Part shown: positions 21,524-34,930 of the stretch, in pieces
Numbering within the stretch: the stretch's first letter is position 1
Layout of the letters: each line of letters opens with the position of its first letter
From: Podarcis melisellensis
Taxonomy: Eukaryota
Direction: 5' to 3' (one strand)
DNA: 64,000 nucleotides
Assembly: GCA_964234715.1 (NCBI GenBank)
Contig: OZ174289.1
Notes under the pieces: model-generated
The model's input: the letters and a program-made list of their open reading frames with translations, nothing else
The model's database searches: none
What the model was told of the DNA's origin: nothing
Translations under genes and position numbers: made by a program

Positions 21524-24500
21524 GTAATTTGCTTTCATTTATAGGCCACCATATCCTGGCTGTGTTGGGGTTAACAGATGACAGAGACAGTCAAAGCAGA
21601 TTTAGGTAGGCAGAAGACCAGTAGTTATTGGTTTAGAGATGGGGAGCACAATTCACCTGGTGGGAGAGATGGGTGGTGATGTTGTCAGGTGACTCATTTT
21701 CCCCTGCCCTATGTGATGAGCAGCACTTTAAAGCCCCAACAACAAAATGTTGGGGCTGCCAAACAAATCTCTATCTTCCAAATGCTGAACACTGCTTTCA
21801 GTTCTAAGTTAGTCACTCATGCCCGTTAATTTAACGGGGACCAGCTCAGATCGAATACAATCCACTGTAGGGGTTTTGAAGTTGAATTCACAAGGTGGCT
21901 GCAGCAACTATGAAAGTAAATTATCTGCAGTTGATTTACTTTGGAACTGAGTCTTTCTTTGTGTAAAATAAAAAAGTGGTCTGCAAATCCTTTTCTTTGC
22001 CTTGTTGCTCTGTCTCTATGTCCTTAAAAATAAAGTCCTTTGTTCCTCTAGTTCTGAAAACAAATTTCAGATTAACTGTTGCTGTTTAGACTTTCATGTG
22101 GTGTTCACTGCTTGTTTTGTCTCTTTCCTTTGGTGTAAATCAAAATCTGAATTGCACAGAGAATGATATAACAAAGTCTATACAAGTGTTTTTACCAGCT
22201 GCAGACTTTGGAGGGTACACCCCCCACCCATATTTTTTCTTACCTCTGTCGTGTCCTTCTGTTTTATACTTTTGAATGCTTATCCTGTTGTAATTAAACT
22301 CTAGTTCCCATTTATGGTATATACGGAAGACAGCCCTGGGTCTTTTGACCCTTTAATTATTTCTCTTTTCTCTCCTATAAAAACTATGCAAGACGCTTTC
22401 TTTTAAAGTTTAAATACCAAATAATTTTTACTTTAGTGTACTTGCCGTTGCAGATTAAAATATACAATGCAGGTGGATGCTAATACGGCTTACATAGGTT
22501 ACACTGCCACAGACTAACTAATCAAGGCAGACAGTAGCACAACTTAACATACCTGATGCTGTAACAGTTAAGACTGTTCTACTAACTGTCATAGAGTTCT
22601 ACAGTTCTTGCAATTAACCCTTTACATATGCATTTTGGATGCTAACATCCCACATATTGAACCCTTAGGAAGAGTTTTTGTTCATTACATTCTGACATGT
22701 CACTCTTTTTTGCTCTTCTTTTTTGAATAACTTTTTACTAGGCTTTGGAATAATACATGATGCATATAAATAGACAAAGTCATCACATGTCACTTGTTTA
22801 TCACAAAAATAGCATAATGTGCAGTAATATCTACAACATATGATTCATCATTAGTGGTCAGTGTATAGTTTCTTGGTTCGTGAATTGGTTAAAACAAAAG
22901 CAAAGGGGAAACAGTACAGAGTAGAGTTAAAAAATATTTAACATTGTATTGCCAAACATCCAATCAGGAACCCTTGCGGTTGTGCTTAGATCACCATATT
23001 TTTCGCTCCATAAGACGCTCCTGACCATAAGACGCACCTAGTTTTTAGAGGGGAAAAGCAAGGAAAAAAATATTCTGCGCAGAGCATGTAAGCGGCTTTC
23101 ACTTTTCTTGCTTAAAACCCTTCCATCCCTCCTCCCTCTTCGCTGAGAAGCCAGAGAGCAAGCTGCGCAGCTCTCGCTGAAGCCAGCAGAGCAAGAGCGA
23201 AAGCTGCGCAGCGCCTCTTGTTCTGCTGGCTTCCCAGCAAAGCGGGAGGAGGGACGAAAGGGAGCCCTTACAAGGGAGCGTTGAGCAGAGCCTGGCAGCG
23301 GCTCTTGCTGGCTTTTCTAGGAGGTGTGGGAAGGGACAGAGGGCAGCCCGTCAGTCCCTTCTCCCTCCTCGGGGAAAAGCCCCCAAAAGCTGTACACACG
23401 CTCCATGCGGCTCTTTAAAGGGAGCGCTGAGCAGAGCCTCCTGCCTACATTCACTCCATAAGACGCACACACATTTCCCTTTACTTTTTAGGAGGGAAAA
23501 AGTGTGTCTTATGGAGCGAAAAATACAGTATCATGCTACTTTTACATTATCAATGAAACAATAAAAAGTTTTGGTGTACAGTGGTACCTCGGGATGCGAA
23601 CGGGATCCGTTCTGGACCCCCGTTCTCATCCTGAACAGAGCGTAAGACGTGATAGCGCGTCTACGTGGGTCATGTTTTGCCTCTTTTGAGCATGCGTGTG
23701 ATGTCATTTGAGCGTCTGCGCATGCATGAGTGGTGAAACCCAGAAGTAACGCGCTCCGTTACTTCCGGGTTGTTGCGGAGCGCAACCCGAAAGCGCTCAA
23801 CCTGAAGCACATTCAATCCAAGGTATGACTGTATTGACGAATTTGGGAGGGGGAGTTCAAAGTGAAGATGATTACCGTATTTTTCACCCTATAAGACGCA
23901 CTTTTTCCCCTCCAAAAATGAAGGGGAAATGTGTGTGCGTCCTATGGGGCGAATGCAGGCTTTCGCTGAAGCCTGGAGAGCGAGAGGCTTCGGTGCGCAC
24001 CGACCCCTCTCGCTCTCTAGGCTTCAGGAAGCTATCCACAAGCCTCGCGTGCCTGGCGGTAGGTCCCGCCAGGCACGCAAGGCTTGCAGGCAGCAGCCTG
24101 CATCCCGAAGCACGGGGCGAGCTGCGGAGCCCGCCCCGTGCTTCGGGCAGATGTCAGCAAGCCTTGCGTGCCGGGCTCGCAAGGCTTGCAGACAGCAGCT
24201 TGTTCTGGGGGCTGGGGTCGGGGGAAGCTTGGGCTTCCCCCGCGCCAGCCCCGCGCCTGGGGGGAAATAAAAAAACTAGGTGCGTCCTATGGGGCAAAAA
24301 ATATGGTACATTTAAATTTAAATTGTAAGTGTACTTATTTAGTCTGTATTTCTTGGTCTGACAGTGGTATTCAGTCATACCTCATATTACGTTTACTTCA
24401 TGATACGTTTTTTCAGGGGGTTTTTCAGGTGTCAGGTTGGGTCCCGCAGTGACCCAGAAGTACTGGAGAGGGTTACTTCCAGGTTTCGCCGCTCGCACAT

Positions 24501-27500
24501 GCGCAGACGTGCAAAATGACGTCACGCATATGTGCAGAAGCGGTGAATCGCAACCCTCATGTGCGCAGACATGCCACTGCGGGTTGCATTCTATTCATGT
24601 TGTGAACGGGCTTCCAGAACGGATCCTGTTCGCAACCAGAGGTACCACTGTATTTCTGTTACAAAAGTCACATAACTGGTATAGACCTTCTGCTCTCTAT
24701 CTGGCCACATAAAATTGTCAAGAAGTGTTGTGAAATTATGGGTGGGAGGCAAGGGCTGCCAGAGGGGACAGTGCTGGAGTTAGGAGTCCTGCCTTCACTT
24801 TCCATGCATTAAGAATGGTTTGTGTGGATCAAATATGAACTTTTGGAATGGTTCTAAATGTTAAAGGGTGCGCTGAGGTTAGAATTTCCTCAGTTACTTC
24901 TGTTTTCAATTGAATAGGGTTGTCATATATCAAGAGGTAAGAATCGAGACAAAATAAGTTGTTTTTTTTGTTGACCATCTGTCCCACCCCGGCCATCAGC
25001 CGCCGCCAGAGCCCCAACTGCCCACGCCAGAGCCCAAACCAGAGCCTAAGCTGCCCGCTCCAGAGCCCAAACCAGAAACAGCCCAGGTTGTCTGTGCCAG
25101 ACCCCAGAGCACAAGCTAGAGCCCAGGCTGCCACAGCCAGAGCCTGAAACTGAGCTCAGACCATCTGTACCAGAGCCTGAGCACAAACCAGAGTCCAGAC
25201 CAACCACGCCAGAGCCCAAACATAAACCCAAGCCTCCGTGCACAAAAAAGTAAATACAATAAAATAAAACCAACCCCCCCCCAAAACCTGGACAATTGCT
25301 GTAACTTGTAAAAATTTCCCTTGATGGGGATGTAGGCCCCCCAAAAGAGGACATATATAGGATTTCCTGGACATACGGCAAGCCTACAATTGATGCCATT
25401 GTTTTGAGGTATCATCTAAAATAAAAGGGATGGCATGTTTTACATGGTTAGCAATAAAATATAGTATCAAGTTTGGGGTGCCCCTGCCTCCTCTTACTGG
25501 AAGTTTGGCATTTATTCTGGTTTGGTGTTTTTTTTGGCACTTTTGTTGAGTGAGATCCAAGTGGGTTAGTGATTGGAATAGAAATGGCAGTTTTGGTAGA
25601 ATCACCATTTTTACCATTACTAATTTGTCTAGGATAAAATGGGGTTTATTCTATTGTGTGTGTTTTTGTCAAATTCTGAATTGTCCACAGATATCCACAG
25701 GAGGATATTTTGTCAATAGAGTCTATCTACTGCCTGTGAGTTTTGTGAAAGCTTTTTGGTTGGGTGGTACACTGAAGCATAAATCTTCAGATTTTGAGAA
25801 TTTAACATGCAGACCTGATTGTGTTGCAAAGCTGTGAAGCTTTCAAAATATTGCTGCTCCTGTCTTCAAGGTCAGGTGTCATTATCTTTAAATCATCAGC
25901 AAATAGTCCAGTCGTATAGTTTTGTTTTCCAATTAGGACTTCCTTGACATCTGGTGTTGTTCTGAAGTATATAGTTAATGGTTCTAAAGCTAGGATGAAC
26001 AAAAAAGGGAGAGATTGGACAGCCTTGCATTGTTCTTTGAATCCCCACTAAGGATGAATTTATATTATTTATTTCTACTGTAGTGGAAGCTTCAGAGTAT
26101 ATTTGTTTCAAAATTTGTATGAATTTGGGGCCAAATTGCATTTTAGAAAGGACTGCCTGCAAGTAGTCGCATTTCAGACATTCAAAGGCCTTGAGGATGT
26201 CTAATGCCATGACTACCAGTGGGAAGGTTGTCTGTCTACTATGTTGACAGCTTTTTGATAGGTCCGGTGATGTTTCAATGAAGGACAAAACCAGCTTGGT
26301 CTCAGGCTTAGTCTGGGGCTATTAGTTTGTGTAACAATGTCTTAACCCTGTTGACTTCCACTCATGTAAAAATTTCATAATCAGACAAATTGGCTAAAAA
26401 GATTCTACTTTTTGGTGGTCTTTAAATGGTTTTGGGATAGCTATAATCTTGGTGTGGTACCATATTTTGGTGATTGGTGCTCCTCTCATTAGGTCATTAA
26501 ATAAGAGGACCATATATGATGATGTTTCTTTGAATTGTTTATAAAGCTCAAAAGCTTAGAAGTGAAGCCACCAGGTCCTGGGACTTTATGTGGTTTCAGT
26601 TTTTTTAAGAACATTGTCAATTTCTTCTAGGAAGATGGGGCTATCTAAAAAAGGTTTTCTCATGAGTTAGTGAGAGTATAGGTAAGTTTTCTAATAATTG
26701 TGGATATCTTTTGAGGGGGGATTATGAGGTATATAATTTAGTATAAGAAGAGGGGGTAGATGCCTTTAAAAGAGATTGTTTTAGTGCCTTTTTTAATACT
26801 GTGTACTCCTGACAGAATTTATTTCTTTTTAAGTCTGTTCGCTGAAAGTCTAGTCTTCCCTCCATAGTCATAAAAGTATTGTTTCATGTATAAGAGGTTG
26901 ACCATTGTACTACTATTTCCAGTGAGCTTATTTCTCATCTCTCTTGTTAAAATACTCTGAGGAGGTGTTTTGACTATGATTCCAGAGGGTGGCAGCATGG
27001 TTCTGTCTTTTGAGGCATTAGCTACCCTCCCAGTTTGGTGTCACCTGAAAATTGAATAAGCATGCCTTCAATTCAAGCCATTTATAAATATATTGAGCAA
27101 CTGTCCCAGGACAGAACCCTTCGGCACCCTACTTGTCACTTTTTTCCAGGAAGAGAAGGAACCTCGGGTTTGGTCACTTAATCAGCTACAAATCCACCTA
27201 ACAGTTACCCCATCTACCCCACATTTTACTAGCTTCTCCACAAGAATATTATGTGACACTTTGTCAAAATCCTTACAGAAAGCAAGATGCACTACATCGA
27301 GAGCATTCTATTGATCCTCTAAGCTTGTACCTCTATTAAAATAAGAGAGAGATTCGTCTGGCATGACTTGTTCTTAAGAAACTAACGCTGGTCTTGGTAA
27401 TCACAGATTTCTTTTTTAACTGAAAACAGACTGGCTGCTTAATTATCTGTTCAAAGGCCTTTCTTGGAATCAGTGTCAAGCTGTCTGGTTGGCAGTTACT

Positions 27501-30500
27501 GACTGGTCAGTATTTTTTTTCCTTTTTGAAGATGGTGACAATATTTGCCCTCTTCCACCGTGGGAGCAGCTCATTGGGCCCTGGGAGTCTGAATTCATTT
27601 AAAGTAGCTAGGTGTTCTTTTACCACCTCTTTTCCTATCTAGGGCTTCAGCTCTCTTCTTGCATTCCCCCCCCCTCTTTTTTATGCCATGCATAATTTTA
27701 TATACTTCTGCCATCTTTTCTCTAAACTAAAAAGTCCCAAATTTTGCATCCTTTCTTCATAAGGGAATTGCTCCATCACCTTGATCACTTTTGTTGTCAT
27801 TGAGCATTTTCCAACTCCGCAGTATGAGAATTTGAGCTGAGACAACCAGAACTGTGGACAGTATCCCAAATGTGGTTGCACTGTAGATTTGTTTTTATGT
27901 GCTTGGATTTTTCTTTCTCATGTAATGGACAATTTCCAGAGAGGTTGCCATGTTAATTTATTGCAGCCTAAACAACAAATTCAAGGGACGCGGGTGGCGC
28001 TGTGGGTAAAACCTCAGTGCCTAGGACTTGCTGATCGTAAGGTCACCGCGGCGGGGTGAGCTCCCGTCGTTCGGTCCCAGCTCCTGCCCACCTAGCAGTT
28101 CGAAAGCACCCCTAAGTACAAGTAGATAAATAGGTACCACTTTATAGCGGGAAGGTAAACGGCGTTTCCGTGTGCGGTGCTGGTGCTGGCTCGCCAGCTG
28201 CAGCTTCGTCACGTGACCCGGAAGTGTCTTTGGATGGCGCCGGCTCCCGGCCCCTTAAGCGAGATGAGCGCGCAACCCTAGAGTCGGACACGACTGGCCC
28301 GTACGGGCAGGGGTACCTTTACCTTTTTTAAACAACAAATTTCTTGGTCTTTAGGTGCCATAAGGCATTGAGGGTTATTGATGCAGTTTTTGTACTTCTT
28401 GTATCTGCCAGCATTTAGCATTTCTGTTGTATTGCTTCCTTTTCTGCGTGACTTAAAACTTACACATCCTTTCAGCATTACTTAGCCTTGTCAGTGGCCC
28501 CGACTTATAAAATGACCTGTTATCTTTTGCCCTGACCTTCCAGAAACAGGGCCATATAATCTTTTCTGAAAACTGGCACAGCACAATGGAGAAATATAAA
28601 CAGTCATTGATAATTCAAGTGTGGCTGAAAACTAAAAATGGCCAAGGATATGTTTTGGCTGGCTCCTGAATACAATCAATGTACAACACTATTTGCTAAT
28701 CCTGAGCTCCATCCTGCTTTGACCCTCCATTTGCAACATTTCTGTGCTCCCATAACTTTTAAATCTATTTTCTTAATTTAAAAATCTCCCCTGCAGCTAC
28801 CAGTTGGATCACTGGTCTCTGTAGCTCAGTATTGTGTACACCAACCAGCAGCTGCTCTCCAGGGTTTTAGACAGGGAGTTTCTCCCAGCCCTGCCTGGAG
28901 ATGCCACTGGGGACTGAACCTGGAACCTTCTGCATGCAAAGCAGCTGCTCTAGCCCTGAGCTGCAGCCCTTCAACTTGCAGGCCCTCAGTCTGGACCTCT
29001 TTGAGGTGGAATCCACATGTATTTGGGGGTGAGGGAAGCAAAGGTTTATAAGGAATCATGGAGACACATGGTAAAAAGGTACCCCTGCCCGTACGGGCCA
29101 GTCGTGTCCGACTCTAGGGTTGTGCGCCCATCTCACTTAAGAGGCCGGGGGCCAGCACTGTCCGGCGACACTTCCGGGTCGCGTGGCCAGCGTGATGAAG
29201 CTGCTCTAGCGAGCGAGCAGCAGCGCAGCACACGGAGACACATGGTAGGAGTGGGCAAACACTGAGTTTAGAAACTTGGTTTACATACAGGGCTGTCCCT
29301 CCTGATTTCTCTCAGCCTCAGTTTTCAGATGTGGGAAAATACAGGATAGGTGGACTAGGCTTTTGGCCCAGCTATGGAACCAGCTATGGAATAATAGCCC
29401 AGTGTCAAGAAGATACATGGCTGAGGTGATTCCTGTTAAGCATCACCAGTCTCCTCAAAATACATAGGAAACCTTGAGACAGTCTTTAGACAGTCAGGAA
29501 TTTGAGGTTATAGAGAACAAATGTGTTTTTGGGTTGCTGGGGAATAAAAAAGAGGTTGTGCTCCTGCATTGAAACTCACTTAACTTTTGACCTTTTGAAT
29601 TTATATGAGCTAACACCCATGTCAGATAAAAGTTGCCAGAGACACCAACAAACTAAATTCCAGCTTAATTTCAAATTAAACGTCCAAATCACAACAATTT
29701 ATAGCAATTCTATCTTCTTCTTTTTTGCAGCCTGTTCATAGTGGGGCTACTCTGTGTTATGAAACAATTATTGCCCAAAAGAAATCAAACCATTTCTGCT
29801 GGGGTTTACCTACTTGCTTCTATGAATAAAGATTTTAGAAAGCGATCTCTTGGGTCTCTAAGGGGCAGGCTAATGGATAATGAGTGATTCCGAAACTTTA
29901 ATAGAGTTCAAATCAGAGCCTCCAGTTTCCATGCCATAGGGCATTTGAGTAAGCAGTTGCTACTGAATAGGGCAGGTTCATTCAGCAGCCCTCCCTTATT
30001 GTAATAGAATTTCATCCATGTTCCTGTGGTTTTGTGCTTTGACTTTCATGGCCTCCCTATGACACTTCCAAGAGTGGACTTCATTAAAGATTACATTAAA
30101 GGTATCTAATCAGCAAGTTTATTCTATAGCTTGCTCATCCAAGCACCATCTAATCCTATGACTGTATTTGCCAAAAATCTTGGTCTTAGAGTAAATAAAT
30201 AAATAAATAAATAAATAAAAAAATAAAATTGTAGATGTCACAATGTTTGGTTGCACCAGAAGCAGTTTAGTCATGTTGGGCACAACCCGGGTAAGCTATA
30301 TGCAAACGCCAGCTCCTTCGGCCTGAAAGTGAAGATGAGCACCGCACCCCATAGTCGAATTCGACTGGACTTAACTGTCCAGGGATCCCTTACCTTTACC
30401 TAACCATACTGAAACTGTTAAAACCACAGAATCTCCTTCAGTTGAGATGAGATTCTAAACATTCCTTATTAACTAATCAGAGTCAAAACAGCTACAGTAT

Positions 30501-33500
30501 TTTCCCAGCACCTGTCCTCCAATTAAAATATATGGTTTTTAAGCTCACGTAAAATTAAAACAGATAAAACATACATTCCTTGCCTGTATGTTGCAATTAA
30601 CATTAACAGCCAACTGGCTTCAAAACTGCTCAAAATAAAAACAAATTAAAACAGACTACAGAGCTCAAGGACAAGTAGCTTTGCCCATTGCCATCTTCTC
30701 CATTTTATTTCCTTTGTTCTCTGGTGAAGCTCAAACAAAAATATTTTAACTTTTAGTTTCTGTTTTTCACCCGATTAATTTTTCCTGGGTTTCCTACACT
30801 GGACTGATTTATGCTAATTTACACCTGAGATTGTACAAATCTATGTCTTGAACTCCTGTTATGAATAGGTAACTGTAATTTTTTTCTTTTTCTCCATTAC
30901 TTGGAAAGACAAGGGGCAGAATTGTCTCAAGAATATGTAATTTTACATAATGTAGTTTTGATTTCATTTATGTTATATCATTGTGAGTTATACTTCCATA
31001 TTCTCGAATGCAGTCATTGTTTGTGATACATTAAAAAAAATAAAATCCTTTCCAGATGCTACTACTTGCCCATTTAAGCCTTTTAAACAGAGATCTTTCC
31101 CAGTCTGTTTCTCCTTTGGAATTGTTTTTACATCTTTTAAGTGTTTCATTGCATCCATGTCTGGTGATCTGGGACCCTTTTGGGATGAAGAGTGGGAATG
31201 TTTTAAAATAAATAATAATCTGTAGATTCTATTTTCAGCTAGCATCTTTAGAGTTAGTTACTGCAATCTCTGTTCTAGAATTCTGTAGTTAATTTATTTT
31301 CTAATTACAGATCCTGTGGAATCTTGAAACCACTCGTCTTATTGCCCATTTTGAGAAATCATTGCCGAAGGAAGATGATGACAGCAATTCGCTGGACTGT
31401 GATGAGGGGGGAAAGGTGAAATGCCTGGATTCTGACATCGAGAAAAAACTTAGAGTGCCATTGTTGGAAATACTGAAATACCCCTACCTGTTGCTTCATA
31501 AACACGTCAGTGAGTATCTTGAGGCACCTGAACTTGATCTGGTTCTCCCTTGCATAGTAGCTACAGTTTTTGAAAGCAGCTACTGAAACAGGTTGTGACA
31601 AATCACTTAGTGGTTGCATTCTCAGGATACGCCAGGAGGTGGTATGTTGACTGGGCTTTTTTGTACTATTTCGCTCCTCAGAAAATCTTGTACACAAAAT
31701 TCTTATTACTATATTATGTATATTCCATTGCCATCACAAGTGATCAGAAATTGTGGCCTGGGTGGTGTTGCTCACTTGACTTCCTCAAGACATGCATCCC
31801 TGCTGTTTACTAAGAACAGGAGGGTAGAATTCTTTTTGTTGCAGAAACCTGTGTATTAACTTTGCTGGAAGGACAAGCTATGGGTTTGTTTTGGCCCAGC
31901 CATATAGTAACAAGGTGCCTAGGGAAGGTTTACCAAATCTCTCCTTTGTATGTGTGTGGGGGGGGGGCGTGTTTCATGAAAATGCCAGACAGGTATCTCC
32001 CTTAAGAAGCTTTATAGGATAAAACCCTCTGCATAGTGTTGATCTGAACACTATGCAGAGGGTTCCACAGAGTCCATTCCTGTTCTATGAATCTTTGAAA
32101 ATGGCTTTCATCTTATGCAAAGATCATTTCCCTTCAAATTATGGTTATTCCAGCAGCCCTAACACTTTGTGTTCTCTTTTTTTGAATTGTAGGCAAGCTG
32201 TTTGTGGATGCTATTTGCAAAATGGAGGCAATCAACTACCCCTGCCAGGTGCTTGGGAAGCACCCAGGGGTCTATTTGCTCATGGTACACCCTAATGAAA
32301 CGGTGAGCTGCTTTAATTTTCTTCTACATTTTCAGTTTTGCTTCCCAGGCTTAAATGTAGGATCAAGCTGCCTTAACCATTGGTCAAATGAAAGAAAGTC
32401 CTTATGCATAGAACTGTAGAGTTGGAAGGGACTCCAAGCATCACCTAGTCCAACCTCCTGCAATGCAGCAATTTCAGCTAAAGCATCCAAGACAGGTGGA
32501 CATCCAATCTGTTTAAAAACCTCCAAGGAAGGAGAGTCTACCAACTCCCAAGGGAGTCTCTTCCACTGTCAAACAGCTCTCACTCCTAGAAAGTTCTTCC
32601 TTATGTTTAGTCAGAATCTCATTTCTTGTAAATTGAAGTCATTGGTACAAGTTCTCCAAGCAGGAGAAAACAAGCTTGCTCCAGCTCCCACATGACAGCC
32701 CCTAAGATATTTGAAGATGACTATCATCTCTCCTGTCTCCTCTTGTCCAAGCTAAACATACCCAGCTACTTCAACCACTCCTTATAAGGCTTGGTTTCCA
32801 GACCCTTGATCATCTTGGTTGCCCACTGTATACATTTCAGCTTGTCAATATCCTTTTTAAATTGTGGTGCCCAGAATTGGACGCAATATTCCAGTTGTAG
32901 TCTAACTAAGGGAGAATAGAGTTGTGCCTGTACTTCCCTTGAATTGAACACTACACTTCTGTTGATGTAGTCTAGAAGAGTATTCCCTCTTTGTTCTGCT
33001 GAATCACAGTACTGACTCATGTTAAACTCGTGGTCTACTAAGACCCCTAGATATGTACCACTGGCAAGCCAGGTGTCCTTCCATCATATATTTGTGCAGC
33101 TGGTTCTTCCTGCCTAAAGTGCAGAACCTTACACTGGTCCCTACTGAAATTCATTTTGGAAGTTTGGACCCAGTTCTCCAATCTGTTAAGGTCCTCTTGA
33201 ATTTTGATTCTTTTTAAGTGGCATTAGCTACCCCTCCCAGTTTGGTGTCATCTGCAAATTGGATGAGCAGCCCCTCAATTCTTTCTTCCAATTCATTTAT
33301 AAAGACATTGAACAACAAGCCCATGACAGAACCCTGTGACACCCTATTTGTCACTTCTTTCCAGGATGGTGAGGAACCATTATTGAGCACTCTTTGAGTT
33401 CAGTTATTCGGCCTGCTGCAAATCCACCTAACTGTTACCTTGTCCAGCCCACATTTTATCAGCTTCTTCACAAGTATATAATGGGAGACTTTGTCAAAAG

Positions 33501-34883
33501 CCTGACACAAATCTGTATTTTTCAAATTACATTAACAAGTTTGAGAAAACAACAGTTCCAACAATGCTTTCCTTCATAGTTCTAGGCAATAACAAACAAG
33601 CTGTTTTGTGTTTTATATATTAATAGAAACACCTTGAACTTGGCCTGGTAACAAACCAACAGGTTGGTCTGTGAGCATGTGTGTTATATGCTGACAAGGT
33701 CTCACACCTGTCAGCAGCCATGATGCACCATTCTGCACTAACAGCAGCACAAGGAAAGCCCGACACACATTGCATTAATGCAATATTGAGGCAGCCAAAC
33801 CTTTATAGGAAGCTTGTTCTTTTCATCAGGCTGAGGGCCTGGCAACAGAAATCTTTGCCTGGTTAAGACCCTTGGGGGGCTACCCTGTGTGAGAAGAAAT
33901 AAACAAACTTAACTTTTGTAAGTATCTCTGAATTCTCTTTTGGCTAAAGGGTGAGGTATAAAAAAAGACTTGTATCTAACTTCTACTTAGAAGAGATTCA
34001 TTGATATTAACAGTCTAAGTTAGTCATGCCCATGAATTTCAATTGGCCTACTCTGCATAGGACTGACACTGGATTCAACCTAAAGTAACATCCTAGTTGT
34101 TCTACACTGTTATTAACACAGTTCTATTTTTAGTGATTCCACCCAGGTTTTTTATTTGTTTTTGATAGGTGTTTGTTAAAATATCCCTGTCCCTCATTTT
34201 CTGGGATGATTGGTAAGTGAGGAGGCTGTGGAGAAGTCCACGGCCTTCAAGTAAGTTTTCTCTGAAACATATCTACACCGTCTGGTTTGGAATGTGAACC
34301 TTTAGGTTAGACTTGGTAACAGTTGTCTTTCACACCAACTTGGCTTCTGCTCCACTTTCCATAACAATGACTGCTCTGATTCCTTACCATAGTAATTAAT
34401 AATGTCCCTTCAAACCCACAGGTCCGTCGATGGGCCATTATGACAGCCAAGAGTCTGGGAAAGGTGGACAGGGACGATTACTATGACATACAGGAAGTGC
34501 TCAATTGCTTGCTCAGAGTTATAGAGCTGAACCTCTTTGAAAACGCTTATGTTTATAACCCCACAACAGTTGAGAAGGGTAATCTCATCTTGTTGCCTGA
34601 CCACCTGTACGATATTACCAGTTACAAAAACTACTGGCTAGGTGAGTAGAAGCAGCTGAGATGGTCTGAAGGGTAAAGGGATTTGGCATGCCCCATTCCA
34701 CTGGGCATGGTAGCATTGTGTTACAGCAGGAATAGCTAAACTTTCCCCCCCTCCTTTTGGTAAGAGCCACATTGGCTCATAACAAATCCTCGGAGGACCT
34801 CATGCCAGCAGTGCTCCCAAAACGGGTACGGGGTGAAAGTGGATGCGACCACCATACACACAGCCTCTGCCTGTGTCCCTCCC

Positions 34884-34930
<47 letters not shown>

